From: an uncultured Achromobacter sp.
Lineage (GTDB): Bacteria > Pseudomonadota > Gammaproteobacteria > Burkholderiales > Burkholderiaceae_B
Direction: 5' to 3'
Assembly: GCA_963530045.1 (NCBI GenBank)
Contig: CAUSDE010000026.1
Coordinates: 10,417-74,416 of the forward strand
Length of the DNA stretch: 64,000 nucleotides
Part shown: positions 1 through 9,791 of the stretch, piece by piece
Layout of the letters: each line of letters opens with the position of its first letter
Numbering within the stretch: position 1 is the first letter of the stretch
Made by a program: the position numbers and the translations under genes
Notes under the pieces: model-generated
Database searches by the model: none
What the model was told of the DNA's origin: nothing
The model's input: the letters and a program-made list of their open reading frames with translations, nothing else

Positions 1-56
1 CCGTCGGGCACGCGCCCGTTCGGAATGACGGTCCATAGAAGGGTCTGCTTGGCCAT
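1..56 (-). CDS. 5' end of an uncharacterised protein (MAKQTLLWTVIPNGRVPD...), truncated by the window edge; second gene of the giant-protein operon
   Basis: ATG at 56, 10 nt after the stop of 67..4350, preceded by GAGG (SD-like); frame open to the edge. Confidence 0.7.
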   Translation of the reverse strand, partial: MAKQTLLWTVIPNGRVPD

Positions 57-66
57 GGGGAAATCC

Positions 67-3000
67 TCAGGCAAAGGCTTCGGCGTATTCACGCCAGGCG
101 TAGCGGCTGGTCGTGCTGATCAGCGCCAGTTCTTCGTCCAATGGCAGTTCAGGGTTCGGACCCATCAGGTCGCGGAAGCCCGGATCGCCATTGGCGCCGG
201 CAAACTTGCGTTCGCAACTGATCTGGACGCTTTTCGAGAACATGAAGATCTCGATCTCGATGGTCAGGGTGGCGCGTCCGGCGCACTTGCCGCTTTCGAA
301 TTCGTAGCGCAGTTCCAGATACAGCTCGATGGAGACGCTGACAAGGCCCAGCACACTGACGTAACCGCCCATGCGGAAGTAGCCGGCCAGCGAGCAGGCG
401 TTCTTTTCCATGCGGAAGTAGATGCCCGCCATGACATGCACGCCGCCGGAGGCCACGCCCAGGTTCACCGAAACGCTGGCGCCGAACTCGAAGGCGGCCT
501 CCATGATCTGAACCCCCTTGGGGTCCAGCGTGACGCCGAAGAATCCGCCACCGCCGAACAGGCATACCGACAGATTGAAGGGTTGTTCGCGCGTGCAGAA
601 GTTGAAGCGGACCGACAGGGGCTGGCCGATGAACGGCACGGTGAACCCCGCGCCCAGGCTCAAGTTGGACAGGTTGAAGACGCCGATGGCGATCGCTGGC
701 AGCGCGACGTTGTAGCCGGCGTCGATCCCCTGCGGCGTGATGTCCAGATGCGGCGGGTCGGAAAAGCCGTCCAGCGGGATCAGGTCGCGCAAGGTCTCCA
801 CGAAGGACAGCGGCCCGACGAATTTGATGTCGGTCAGCACCACGTCCACGTCCATCTTCGACGCGGTGTCGACACGGAACTCGATCTTCTCGAAGTTCAG
901 TTCCATGAAGCTGGCGGGAGCGATCAGCACCAGATCGAAACTCTTGAGCGAGCAGACAACAGACAGTCTCGGCGCGCTTTGCCCGTTCTTGCGCACCTTG
1001 GCTTCGACAGCCACGCGAAACCCCTGGGGATCGTTGGCGCGAAACAGCGGCGGCCCGCCGGGCTCCAACGCCCAGTTCTTGATCAGCGGATTCCAGTCGA
1101 AGCGCAACGTCAGTTCGTCGCCCGTCAGCATGGCCAGCAGTTCGGTACTGGCCAGCACGGCGTCGACGGCAGTCGTTAGCGCCTGCAAGGCGGTGGACAA
1201 CAACTGCCGCGGCGCGCCGTCCAGCAAGGCCGACCCCGCGACGGTGGCGGCCAGCGCTTTCGCCGCCGCGGAGATGGCCTGCAGCCGCGGCGCGAGCGTG
1301 GCGGCATCCGAGAGGATCGCGCCCAACTGATCAGGGTCGCCCACCAGAGCGTGCAGCGCATCGTAGAGGGCTTTGCCTTGCGTCAGGAGCGCGGGCACCA
1401 CCCCCAGCGCGGTGATAAGGCCCTCGCCGACATTCGCTGCCTGCAGCAGCGATTGGCGATATCCCGACGGCAATGACGGACCGCCTGCCGGCGGCTGCGT
1501 CGCCGCGCGCAAGGCGTCGACCGCCGCCTGCGCGGCGGCCAGCGCGCCTGGCAATCCGGGCAGCGACGGCGTCGTGTCGAACGACTGGTCCGCAAGCAAG
1601 GCCGCCTGCGCGGCCACCGCGTCAAGCGCCGCCTTCAGTTGATCCACGCGCATGCGCGCATCCTGCACCAGGGGCCCGGCGTAGGCTTGCGCCTGCGCCT
1701 GCAAATCCGCCAGCGTGCCGCGCAGGGCCGTCAGCGCGCCTTGGCCGATGCGGCCCGGATCCTGCGCCAGGCCCGCGACCAGCCCGTACAGCCTGCCGGC
1801 GTCGTTGATGAGGCTTTCCAGTTGTGAGCAGGCTTCAGCGACGAAGCGCGGCACCTTGTCCGCTTGCCCCGCCACGTCGGTGACGGTGCTGATCACTTCT
1901 CCCAGCGGGATGCAGCCGAACAGCAAGGGCAAGGGCAGCCCGCCCGTGCCGGGGGAGAAGGCTTGCGCGGCATTGAAGGTGCCGCCGAGGAATTCGTCCG
2001 CGTTGCCGCTGACCGGCCCTGCCAGCCGGGACAGGGCGCTGGGGCGCAGATTCGGCTGGACGAATCCGCCGGCCCGGTCGCCCTGGGCCGAGAAATCCAA
2101 TGATGCGCCGCCTTCGAGACCCGGCTCCGCGTCGATATCGCCGAAGACCTGGCCGGCGTTGCCCGCATCGAAACCGTTCGCCAGGTAATAGGCGTTCCAG
2201 CTGAGCGTGCTGGTCTTGGTGCTGCCGGTCAATTTGGCCAGTGCCGCAATGCGCAACGCCGCGCGCCGGACGTGCGGATAGAAGACGGGGCCGTTCAGAT
2301 TGTCGCTGTACGCGCGCAGTTGCGCGTTGCCGGGGTCGACCACGGCATCGAACTCCAGCCACTCCGCTTGCGCGGCGGTGTCGCCGGCCTTTACGCTGGG
2401 CGCCAGCGTGATTTGCTGCTGCCGCATCGGCGCTTGGCGCATGGTTTGCGGCGCACTGCGCCAGGCTTTTTGCGCGAGTGCCGCAAACGCTTCGGCTTTG
2501 TCGTAAAGCGGGGTCAGCCAACGTCCGGTCTGCGTGCGGGGACAAGCATAGCCGCCGTCCATGAAGATCATGGGCAGGTCGAACTGCACGGTGCGGCCGT
2601 CGATGTCCGTGGCCGAGCACGCAAACCGGAAGGGCGTCTGGTTCACGTATGGCCAAAACAGCAATTGCTTGTCGACCGAGCTGTCGGCCGCCTCGGGCGA
2701 ATCCAGGCTGGGTGTGACCGTCGTCAAAATGCGCACGCTGGTCAAGGGCATCTGCCTGTGCAGGAAGACGGTGCGGCCGCCGGCTTGCGTGGTGTAGGCC
2801 GGGTCGGCGTACACGCGTTCGCGTTCGCGTACGATGATGAACAGCCGCTGGCGCAGATAGGCGGGGTTGCCGGTCCGGTCGTGATGGAATTTGCGTTCAC
2901 TGACCTTGATCAGCGATGCGCGATGGCCGAATGGATACAGCAGCCCTTTGTAGACCACGCGCACATAATGGTCCCGGCCCATGGCGCCCCGATGCGTCCA

Positions 3001-4350
3001 TTCCTCCACGGACAGGCCCGGCGCGTCCCAGTTGCCGCGCGAGTCCAGCCAGGCGCCCAGCGAAGACAGCATCAGCAGCCGGGTGTCGATTGCTTGGGGC
3101 GTGTAGTCGGCAACCGAGAAGTTCGACGACAGGTGCGCGATCTGGAAACGGTCGAAATCGTCCATCGGCATGCGAAATGGAATGGTGCCCGGCCGGGGCA
3201 GGGACGTGTCCATGGGCACGGGGTAGGGAGCCTGCATGGGCTTTTCCGAGCCTTCCCCCGATAGCGCCCAGACGGCGCGGACGGTGCGCGCTGCGTCGGC
3301 GCCCGGCGGTTCGATGTCGGGGTCTGGCGACGGCGGAGCCAGCAGGCGCGAATGCCAGAGCTCGGTGTGAAGGGTATCGGGCGAGGTGGCGGGCGCTTTG
3401 GCGTGGCGCCAGCGCTCTTGCGCATACGGGCTGAGAATCAGCCGCCAGGGCAGCTCGATCGCGGTTTGTTGCGGGCCTGGCAAGGCGGGTCGAGGCCCGC
3501 GCGGTGCGGGGATGGCGATACTGCCCGCGCGTATCGCGGCGGAGGCGGTCGCTGCCGAGGGCAGGCGCAATGCGCGCAGTCCTGGACTGCCGCTGGCCTG
3601 CCGCAACAGCAATGCCGCGGCCGGCGCGCCGGGCTGCATCGCCAGGCGCAGGTTGCGCAAGGCGAAGCTGGCCAGCGCGGCGCGTTGCGCGGGGGGGAGT
3701 TTGGCGACGCGTTTGTTGAAGGGCTTGTCCAGCAGGTCGCGCAGGCTGAAGACCGGGCGGGGGGCGCTGGGTGTGGGGGCGCGCGCATTGGACGGCACGG
3801 CAAGGGGCAGCGACTCTATCGCGGCCAGCACGCCCTCCAGCGTGTACGGCACGTCAAAGCCGTCGGGGACCGTGAACGCCAGGCGGGATTCGCCCGCCAT
3901 CCGCGCGCGCACCGGCGGCTTGGATGGCGCTTCTTCGCCGCCGCCTGCGGGTTCGGGCTTGTCCGGCGTGCCGTCGCGCGGGGGCGGCCGATTGGAGGTG
4001 CCCGGCGAGGCGGTGGCGAAGAACGTTTCTTCGGCAATCGACTGCGGCGGAAAGTGCACGATCAACGTCGCTGCGCCGCTGCCGCGCTTCTTCAACCTCG
4101 GCGGCTGGCCGGGCGTTACGCTCAGGTTGCGCAGCTCTATCCGCAGCGCCAGGAGATCGGCAGGGCGCAGCACGGGCTGGCCGGGACGCGAGCCGTCGAA
4201 GAAATTGCGGTTGGGGTCGGGGTTGAGGCTCGGTATGCCGGGCGGGATCCGGACGATGCCGCCGCCCAGTGCGGACGCGCCAGCTGTTGCCGTCTGGCGT
4301 CGGGTTGCCGTGCCCGCCGCGGAGGCAGGACGAGGCTTTCTGGTGACCAT
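67..4350 (-). CDS. Giant hypothetical protein (1427 aa): aromatic-rich core, Ala/Leu/Gln helical insert, Gly-rich beta-strand C-terminal domain
   Basis: Long ORF with protein-like composition; start moved to ATG 4350 (MVTRKP) because AGGAGA lies just upstream; no catalytic motif recognised. Confidence 0.9.
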   Translation of the reverse strand: MVTRKPRPASAAGTATRRQTATAGASALGGGIVRIPPGIPSLNPDPNRNFFDGSRPGQPVLRPADLLALRIELRNLSVTPGQPPRLKKRGSGAATLIVHFPPQSIAEETFFATASPGTSNRPPPRDGTPDKPEPAGGGEEAPSKPPVRARMAGESRLAFTVPDGFDVPYTLEGVLAAIESLPLAVPSNARAPTPSAPRPVFSLRDLLDKPFNKRVAKLPPAQRAALASFALRNLRLAMQPGAPAAALLLRQASGSPGLRALRLPSAATASAAIRAGSIAIPAPRGPRPALPGPQQTAIELPWRLILSPYAQERWRHAKAPATSPDTLHTELWHSRLLAPPSPDPDIEPPGADAARTVRAVWALSGEGSEKPMQAPYPVPMDTSLPRPGTIPFRMPMDDFDRFQIAHLSSNFSVADYTPQAIDTRLLMLSSLGAWLDSRGNWDAPGLSVEEWTHRGAMGRDHYVRVVYKGLLYPFGHRASLIKVSERKFHHDRTGNPAYLRQRLFIIVRERERVYADPAYTTQAGGRTVFLHRQMPLTSVRILTTVTPSLDSPEAADSSVDKQLLFWPYVNQTPFRFACSATDIDGRTVQFDLPMIFMDGGYACPRTQTGRWLTPLYDKAEAFAALAQKAWRSAPQTMRQAPMRQQQITLAPSVKAGDTAAQAEWLEFDAVVDPGNAQLRAYSDNLNGPVFYPHVRRAALRIAALAKLTGSTKTSTLSWNAYYLANGFDAGNAGQVFGDIDAEPGLEGGASLDFSAQGDRAGGFVQPNLRPSALSRLAGPVSGNADEFLGGTFNAAQAFSPGTGGLPLPLLFGCIPLGEVISTVTDVAGQADKVPRFVAEACSQLESLINDAGRLYGLVAGLAQDPGRIGQGALTALRGTLADLQAQAQAYAGPLVQDARMRVDQLKAALDAVAAQAALLADQSFDTTPSLPGLPGALAAAQAAVDALRAATQPPAGGPSLPSGYRQSLLQAANVGEGLITALGVVPALLTQGKALYDALHALVGDPDQLGAILSDAATLAPRLQAISAAAKALAATVAGSALLDGAPRQLLSTALQALTTAVDAVLASTELLAMLTGDELTLRFDWNPLIKNWALEPGGPPLFRANDPQGFRVAVEAKVRKNGQSAPRLSVVCSLKSFDLVLIAPASFMELNFEKIEFRVDTASKMDVDVVLTDIKFVGPLSFVETLRDLIPLDGFSDPPHLDITPQGIDAGYNVALPAIAIGVFNLSNLSLGAGFTVPFIGQPLSVRFNFCTREQPFNLSVCLFGGGGFFGVTLDPKGVQIMEAAFEFGASVSVNLGVASGGVHVMAGIYFRMEKNACSLAGYFRMGGYVSVLGLVSVSIELYLELRYEFESGKCAGRATLTIEIEIFMFSKSVQISCERKFAGANGDPGFRDLMGPNPELPLDEELALISTTSRYAWREYAEAFA

Positions 4351-4763
4351 GCCAGTTCTCCTGCAAATAAGGAACAACGGAATTCAATCCCTGCTTGTCC
4401 TGCTACCTGCGAATCGAACTGCATTAGTGGCGGAAATCTATCCCCCTGCCGTGTTAGTGGTCAAGGCCGCGCGCAGCATGCATGGGCGCGTCGCGCGCCG
4501 GGGAATCGAGGGGGACGGATCTCGGGGCGAGCGGGGGAATCCCGGGCAGGATGTGGCCTTTGGGCGTAGGCGCCATCATGCAAGGACGCAGAGTTCAAGT
4601 GAACCCTCAACCTGAAGTCGTTACGTTTGCGCGGATGGATACCAACCGCCGGCGCGGTGGGGCGGGCCGGACGATCGGGATTATTTTTTGTTTGCATCCG
4701 TAACGGCCCCGGCCCCGAAATCGCATCCGGCGCGGCAGGGCGCCGCGCCGGCGCGGCGTCCGG

Positions 4764-5828
4764 TCAGGCAGCGGCCGGCTCCGCGGCCAGCGACGCCATG
4801 TCGATCACGAAGCGGTATTTCACGTCGTTCTTCAACAGTCGTTCGTAGGCGTCGTTGACCGACTGGATCGGCACGATCTCCACATCGCTGACGATGCCGT
4901 GTTCGGCGCAGAAGTCCATCATCTCTTGCGTTTCTTCCATGCCGCCGATGGCGGAACCCGCCAGCGACTTGCGGCCCATGATCAGGTTCGAGCCCGGGAT
5001 CGGGTCCAGCGGCGTCAGCGCGCCCACCAGCGCCATCGTGCCGTTCAAGCCCAGCAACGCCATGTACGGGTTCACGTCGTGGCTGACGGGGACGGTGTTC
5101 AAGAGGAAGTCGAACGTGCCGGCGTGCGCGGCCATGGCCTCGGGGTCGCGCGAGACCAGCACTTCATCGGCGCCCAGGCGCTTGGCGTCACGCCCCTTGT
5201 CGGCCGACGTCGTGATCATCACGACGTGCGCGCCGAGCGCGCGGGCGAATTTCACGCCCATGTGCCCCAGGCCGCCCAGGCCGATGACGCCCACTTTCTG
5301 GCCCGGGCCCACCTTCCAATAGCGCAGCGGGGAATAGGTGGTGATGCCGGCGCAAAGCAGCGGAGCGACGGCCTTCAGGTCCAGCGTGTCGGACACTTTC
5401 ACGACGAAGTGTTCGCGCACGACGATGCGGTCCGAGTAGCCGCCGAAGGTCAGCTGGTCGCTGCCGCGTTCGTGGTCGTTGTAGGTCAGCGTGGCGCCTT
5501 CTTCGCAGTATTGCTCCAGGTTGAGGCGGCAGGCCTTGCAGTGCAGGCAGGAGTCGACCATGCAGCCGACGCCGGCGTAGTCGCCCGCCTTGAACCTGGT
5601 GACGTTCTTGCCCACCTGGGTGACGCGGCCGACGATTTCGTGGCCCGGCACCATCGGATAGACGGAGTTGCCCCAATCGCCGCGCGCCTGGTGCAGGTCG
5701 GAATGGCAGATGCCGCTGTAGAGGATCTCGATCAGCACATCGTCGTCGCCGGGTTCGCGCCGGGTGAAACTGAACGGAACCAGGGGGGTATCGGTGCTGT
5801 GGGCGGCGTAGCCTCGGGCTTGGATCAT
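4764..5828 (-). CDS. NAD(P)-dependent Zn alcohol dehydrogenase (cinnamyl-alcohol DH/YahK-like)
   Basis: GICHSD, PGHE, CxxCxxC structural Zn site, GLGGLG, KYRFVID. Confidence 0.95.
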   Translation of the reverse strand: MIQARGYAAHSTDTPLVPFSFTRREPGDDDVLIEILYSGICHSDLHQARGDWGNSVYPMVPGHEIVGRVTQVGKNVTRFKAGDYAGVGCMVDSCLHCKACRLNLEQYCEEGATLTYNDHERGSDQLTFGGYSDRIVVREHFVVKVSDTLDLKAVAPLLCAGITTYSPLRYWKVGPGQKVGVIGLGGLGHMGVKFARALGAHVVMITTSADKGRDAKRLGADEVLVSRDPEAMAAHAGTFDFLLNTVPVSHDVNPYMALLGLNGTMALVGALTPLDPIPGSNLIMGRKSLAGSAIGGMEETQEMMDFCAEHGIVSDVEIVPIQSVNDAYERLLKNDVKYRFVIDMASLAAEPAAA

Positions 5829-5934
5829 GACGGTCTCGAATAAATTCTGTTGAGCAGGCGTTCACAATATTCCGGCGAAACCGAGGGATCAAGCTAGAAT
5901 TTCCGCATGCTTTATTCGAAGGATTCGCATAATC

Positions 5935-6831
5935 GTGCTGCCCGATAACCTGTCGCACCTGGCCGCATTTTCCGCCGTGGCCCGTCACAGCAGTTTCCGC
6001 CGCGCCGGCGAGGAACTGGGTTTGTCGACCTCGGCGGTCAGCTACGCCATCCGCAGCCTGGAGGAGCGGCTGGGGGTGAATCTCTTCAACCGCACCACGC
6101 GCAGCGTGGCGCTGACCGACGCCGGCCAGCGCCTGGCCGAGCGCCTGCTGCCGGTGCTGAGCGACCTGGGCGACGCGCTCGAGGAAATGAACCACTTCCG
6201 CGGGGCGGCCTCCGGCACGTTGCGCATCAACACGTCGCGCGCGGCGTCCTACATGCTGCTGATGCCGTTTGCCGCGCGTTTCCTGGCAGCCTACCCGGAC
6301 ATCCGGCTGGAAATCGGTGAAGACGACAGCTTTGTCGATATCGTCGCATCGGGCTTCGACGCCGGCGTGCGGCTGCTGGAAGCCGTGCCGGAAGACATGG
6401 TGGCCGTGCCCATCGGCCCCAGTCTGCGCGCCGCGGTAGTGGCGTCGCCCGCGTATCTGCAAGGGCGCGAGATTCCTCGCCACCCCCACGACCTGATGCG
6501 GCACGAATGCGTGCGCTACCGCTTTGCCAGCGGCCGTTTCTACAAATGGGAATTCGAGAAAGACGGCGTGGCGATCGAGGTAGACGTCACGGGCCGCATC
6601 GCGCTAAGCGACGTGCATGCCGAGGTGCGCGCCGCGGTCGATGGCATCGGGATCGGCAGCGTGCCGGAATACTACGTGAACGAGCTCGTGGCATCGGGCC
6701 GGCTGGTGCGGCTGCTGGACGACTGGTGCCCGCCGTTCCAAGGCTTCATGCTGTATTACCCGCGGCAGCGCCGCGTGTCGTCGGCGTTGCGGGCGTTCAT
6801 CGACATGGCTCGGTTGGAAGGCGGCGCCTGA
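5935..6831 (+). CDS. LysR-family regulator (CrgA/PgrR-like), divergent from the ADH
   Basis: HTH SFRRAGEELGLSTSAVS, LFNRTTRSVALT, FDAGVR. Confidence 0.93.
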   Translation: MLPDNLSHLAAFSAVARHSSFRRAGEELGLSTSAVSYAIRSLEERLGVNLFNRTTRSVALTDAGQRLAERLLPVLSDLGDALEEMNHFRGAASGTLRINTSRAASYMLLMPFAARFLAAYPDIRLEIGEDDSFVDIVASGFDAGVRLLEAVPEDMVAVPIGPSLRAAVVASPAYLQGREIPRHPHDLMRHECVRYRFASGRFYKWEFEKDGVAIEVDVTGRIALSDVHAEVRAAVDGIGIGSVPEYYVNELVASGRLVRLLDDWCPPFQGFMLYYPRQRRVSSALRAFIDMARLEGGA

Positions 6832-6860
6832 ATTCGGCCGCGCCGTCGGCGTTTTGCACG

Positions 6861-7718
6861 TTACGGACGCGCGCCTTCCAATAGCGCCTGCACCAGCCGG
6901 TTGTCCTGGTCCGTCAGCCGGCATACGAACGAGATCTGACGGTAGGGCGCCTGCTTGCCCAGCGGCAACACGCGCACCGGATGCACGTTCAGCAGGTTCG
7001 GGCCCGGCTCGGGCAGCACGCATACGCCCAGCCCGGCGGAAACCAGCGCCGTCAGCGCCGCCAGCGATTGCATTTCGATGCGGCAGCGCGCGTGCGGAGC
7101 ATGCTGCGCGACATAACGCGCCGCCAGCCGGCCGCCGATGGTGGTCTTGTCGAAGCGGATCCATTCGTACTGTTGGAACAGGTCGGCAACGCGCGTCGCG
7201 TGTGAATCGGGCGGTGCGATCAACACCAGGGTTTCCCTGAACAGCGGCGTCCAGGCCAGGCGGCTGGACCCGCCGGTTTCGGGCTGCGTGATGATGGCGG
7301 CGTCGATCTCGCCCTTCTTCAGTTTTTCGGTCAGCTCCGTGGCGCGTCCCCGCACCAGCCGCACGTCCAGCAGGGGATAGCGTTCGCGCAGCTTGCGCAG
7401 CAGCGGGGGCAGCAGCGTCACTTGCAGGGGCTCGATGGTGCCCAGCCGGACCCGGCCTTCGACCGCGGGCGTGCTGCGCCGGCGCAGTTCGTCCAGGCGC
7501 GCCAGCGCCTCCTGCAGGACGGCATCGACTTCCGCCGCAAAGGCGTTGGGCCGCACTTGCAACGCGGAGCGGTCGAACAAGGGCTGTCCGAAATACGCCT
7601 CCATCTGCTTCATCTGCAGGCTGACGGCGCTGGGCGACAGGTTCATGTCCGCGGCGCCCGCCGCGAAGCTGCCGCCCCGCAACACGGCGTTGAGCGTACG
7701 GAAAGATTCGATCTTCAT
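6861..7718 (-). CDS. LysR-family regulator
   Basis: GSFAAGAADMNLSPSAVSLQMKQME, LFDR. Confidence 0.92.
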   Translation of the reverse strand: MKIESFRTLNAVLRGGSFAAGAADMNLSPSAVSLQMKQMEAYFGQPLFDRSALQVRPNAFAAEVDAVLQEALARLDELRRRSTPAVEGRVRLGTIEPLQVTLLPPLLRKLRERYPLLDVRLVRGRATELTEKLKKGEIDAAIITQPETGGSSRLAWTPLFRETLVLIAPPDSHATRVADLFQQYEWIRFDKTTIGGRLAARYVAQHAPHARCRIEMQSLAALTALVSAGLGVCVLPEPGPNLLNVHPVRVLPLGKQAPYRQISFVCRLTDQDNRLVQALLEGARP

Positions 7719-7858
7719 CAGAAATCCTCACGTAGTGTTTTAAGAATCCTCGCTTTATATCACCAGGCGCGCGGCCTAGTATTCGCTTCAGACAAAACGA
7801 CAAGCGGCAGGAGCGCGGGCGCCAGACGCCAGCCGGACCGCAACCGAGGAGACCTCCC

Positions 7859-8851
7859 ATGACGAAGACCCTTGCCGGCCTGCGTGCCGCCTTATTGCCC
7901 GCCCTGGCCCTGACCGCGGCGCTGGGCGCGCCCGGCATGGCCGCGGCGCAGGCGGCGCCCGCCGTGCCGGCGACCATCACGATGGTCGTGCCGTTCCCGC
8001 CGGGCGGCAGCAACGACGTGTTCGCCCGCGTGTTGGCTGAAAAGCTGGGCGCGCGTCTGTCCACCACGGTCATCGTCGAAAACCGGCCCGGCGCGGGCGG
8101 CGCGATCGGTGCCGAGTACGTGGCCCGCGCGCCCAAGGACGGTTCCGTGCTGATGCTGTCTTCGTCCACGCTCACGACCAATGCCGCCGTCCAGACCAAC
8201 CTGAAGTACGACGTGGTGCGCAGCTTCGCGCCGGTGGCGATGCTGGCGCGCAGCCCGATGGCGCTGGTCGTGGGCAAGGACTCGCCCTACACGTCCATGG
8301 CCGAGCTGCTGGCGGCTGGCCGCAAGGAGCCCGGCAAGCTGACCTACGGCAGCGCCGGCCTGGGCTCGGTCAACCAGATGGCCAGCGAAATCCTGGCCGG
8401 GGGCGAGAAGACATCGTTTACGCACGTGCCCTACAAGGGCATGTCGCACGCGTTGAACGACCTGGCCGGCGGCCGGGTCGATTTCGTGATCGGCAGCTTC
8501 GCGTCCACCGCTTCGCTGCTCAAGGGCGGCAAGCTTCGCGTGCTGGCCGTGACCTCGCCCGAACGGTCGCAGTTCTATCCGGCGCTGCCCACCATCGGTG
8601 AGGGCCAGCCCGGCTATTCGGTGGAGCTGTGGTGGGGGGTGCTGGCGCCGGCGGGAACCCCCGCTCCCCTGGTCGACAAGCTGAACGCCGAGATCCGCGG
8701 CATCGTCAACGACGAGAAGATGCGCGCCATGTTTGCCGAAGAAAGCGCGGTGCCGTCCGCGCTGACCGTGCCGCAATTCACTGAACTGGTCGAGGCCGAT
8801 GCCGCCAAGTGGAAGCAGGTGGCCCGCGACCGCAACATCTCCATCCAGTAA
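7859..8851 (+). CDS. Bug/TctC tripartite tricarboxylate transporter substrate-binding protein
   Basis: Signal peptide, VPFPPGGSND, VENRPGAGG, HVPYKG. Confidence 0.95.
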   Translation: MTKTLAGLRAALLPALALTAALGAPGMAAAQAAPAVPATITMVVPFPPGGSNDVFARVLAEKLGARLSTTVIVENRPGAGGAIGAEYVARAPKDGSVLMLSSSTLTTNAAVQTNLKYDVVRSFAPVAMLARSPMALVVGKDSPYTSMAELLAAGRKEPGKLTYGSAGLGSVNQMASEILAGGEKTSFTHVPYKGMSHALNDLAGGRVDFVIGSFASTASLLKGGKLRVLAVTSPERSQFYPALPTIGEGQPGYSVELWWGVLAPAGTPAPLVDKLNAEIRGIVNDEKMRAMFAEESAVPSALTVPQFTELVEADAAKWKQVARDRNISIQ

Positions 8852-8891
8852 GCGCCGGCCCGCAACAACCCCTCTTTCCCTGAGTGCAAGC

Positions 8892-9791
8892 ATGAGAAGC
8901 AAACTGTTCGTACCCGGATCGCGCCCCGAGTTGTTCGCCAAGGCGCTGGCGGGCGCCGCCGACGCCTTGTCCTTCGACCTGGAAGACGCGGTAGCGCCGT
9001 CGCGCAAGGACGAAGCACGCGGCCATCTGGGCCGCATGCTGGCCGCGCCCGAAGCCGCCGCGTCCGGCAAGACGCTGATCGTGCGCGTCAATGCGCTGGA
9101 TTCCGGGCATTTCCATGCGGACGTGCAGGCCGTGGTGCGGCCGGGATTGCATCTGGTGAACCTGCCCAAGGCGGAGCGCGAGGCCGACGTCGTGGCGGCG
9201 GCCAGCGCGGTCGAACAGGCGCGCCGCGCCAACGGCGTGGACGAACCGGTCGGGCTGCTGCTGAACATCGAGTCGCCGCGCGCGCTGCGCCGGGCGGCCC
9301 GCCTGGCGGCGGCGCATCCCAGCGTGGCGGGCTTGCAGTTGGGGTTGGGCGATCTCTTCGAACCCGCGGGCATCGCCCGCCGCGCGCCGGTGGCGGTGCA
9401 GCAGGCCATGTTCGCGTTGCGCCTGGCGGCGGCCGAGGCAGGCGTGTTCGCCTATGACTCCGCCTTCGCCAATATCGAGGACGAAGCCGGCTACCGCGCC
9501 GAGGCGGAACTGGCCCGCAGCCTGGGGTATCTCGGCAAAAGCTGCATCCATCCGCGCCAGGTGCCGCTGGCCAACGCGGCGTTCCGTCCGACCGATGACG
9601 AGATTGCGCATGCGGGCCGCGTGGTGCAGGCCGCGCGGCAAGCATCGGCCAAGGGCGTGGCGGCATTCGTGGTGGACGGCCGGATGATCGACGGGCCGTT
9701 CCTGCGCCGCGCGGAAGCGGTGTTGCGCGCCGCGGCCGAGCTGGGCCTCGCCGATGCCGCGAACACCGCCAATGCGGCGGAGGCGCCATGA
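8892..9791 (+). CDS. CitE/HpcH-HpaI family CoA-ester lyase
   Basis: MRSKLFVPG, FDLEDAV, VRVN, GKSCIHPRQ, DGRMID; ATG 8892. Confidence 0.92.
   Translation: MRSKLFVPGSRPELFAKALAGAADALSFDLEDAVAPSRKDEARGHLGRMLAAPEAAASGKTLIVRVNALDSGHFHADVQAVVRPGLHLVNLPKAEREADVVAAASAVEQARRANGVDEPVGLLLNIESPRALRRAARLAAAHPSVAGLQLGLGDLFEPAGIARRAPVAVQQAMFALRLAAAEAGVFAYDSAFANIEDEAGYRAEAELARSLGYLGKSCIHPRQVPLANAAFRPTDDEIAHAGRVVQAARQASAKGVAAFVVDGRMIDGPFLRRAEAVLRAAAELGLADAANTANAAEAP

Noticed and set aside
4255..4350. Twin-arginine-like TRRQ in the giant protein N-terminus
   Set aside because: Lacks the hydrophobic FL positions and a convincing h-region.
4560..4703. Possible c-di-GMP riboswitch (GGACGCAGAG) or small ORF
   Set aside because: No matching P1/P2 architecture, wrong strand for the giant gene, and no SD for the ORF.
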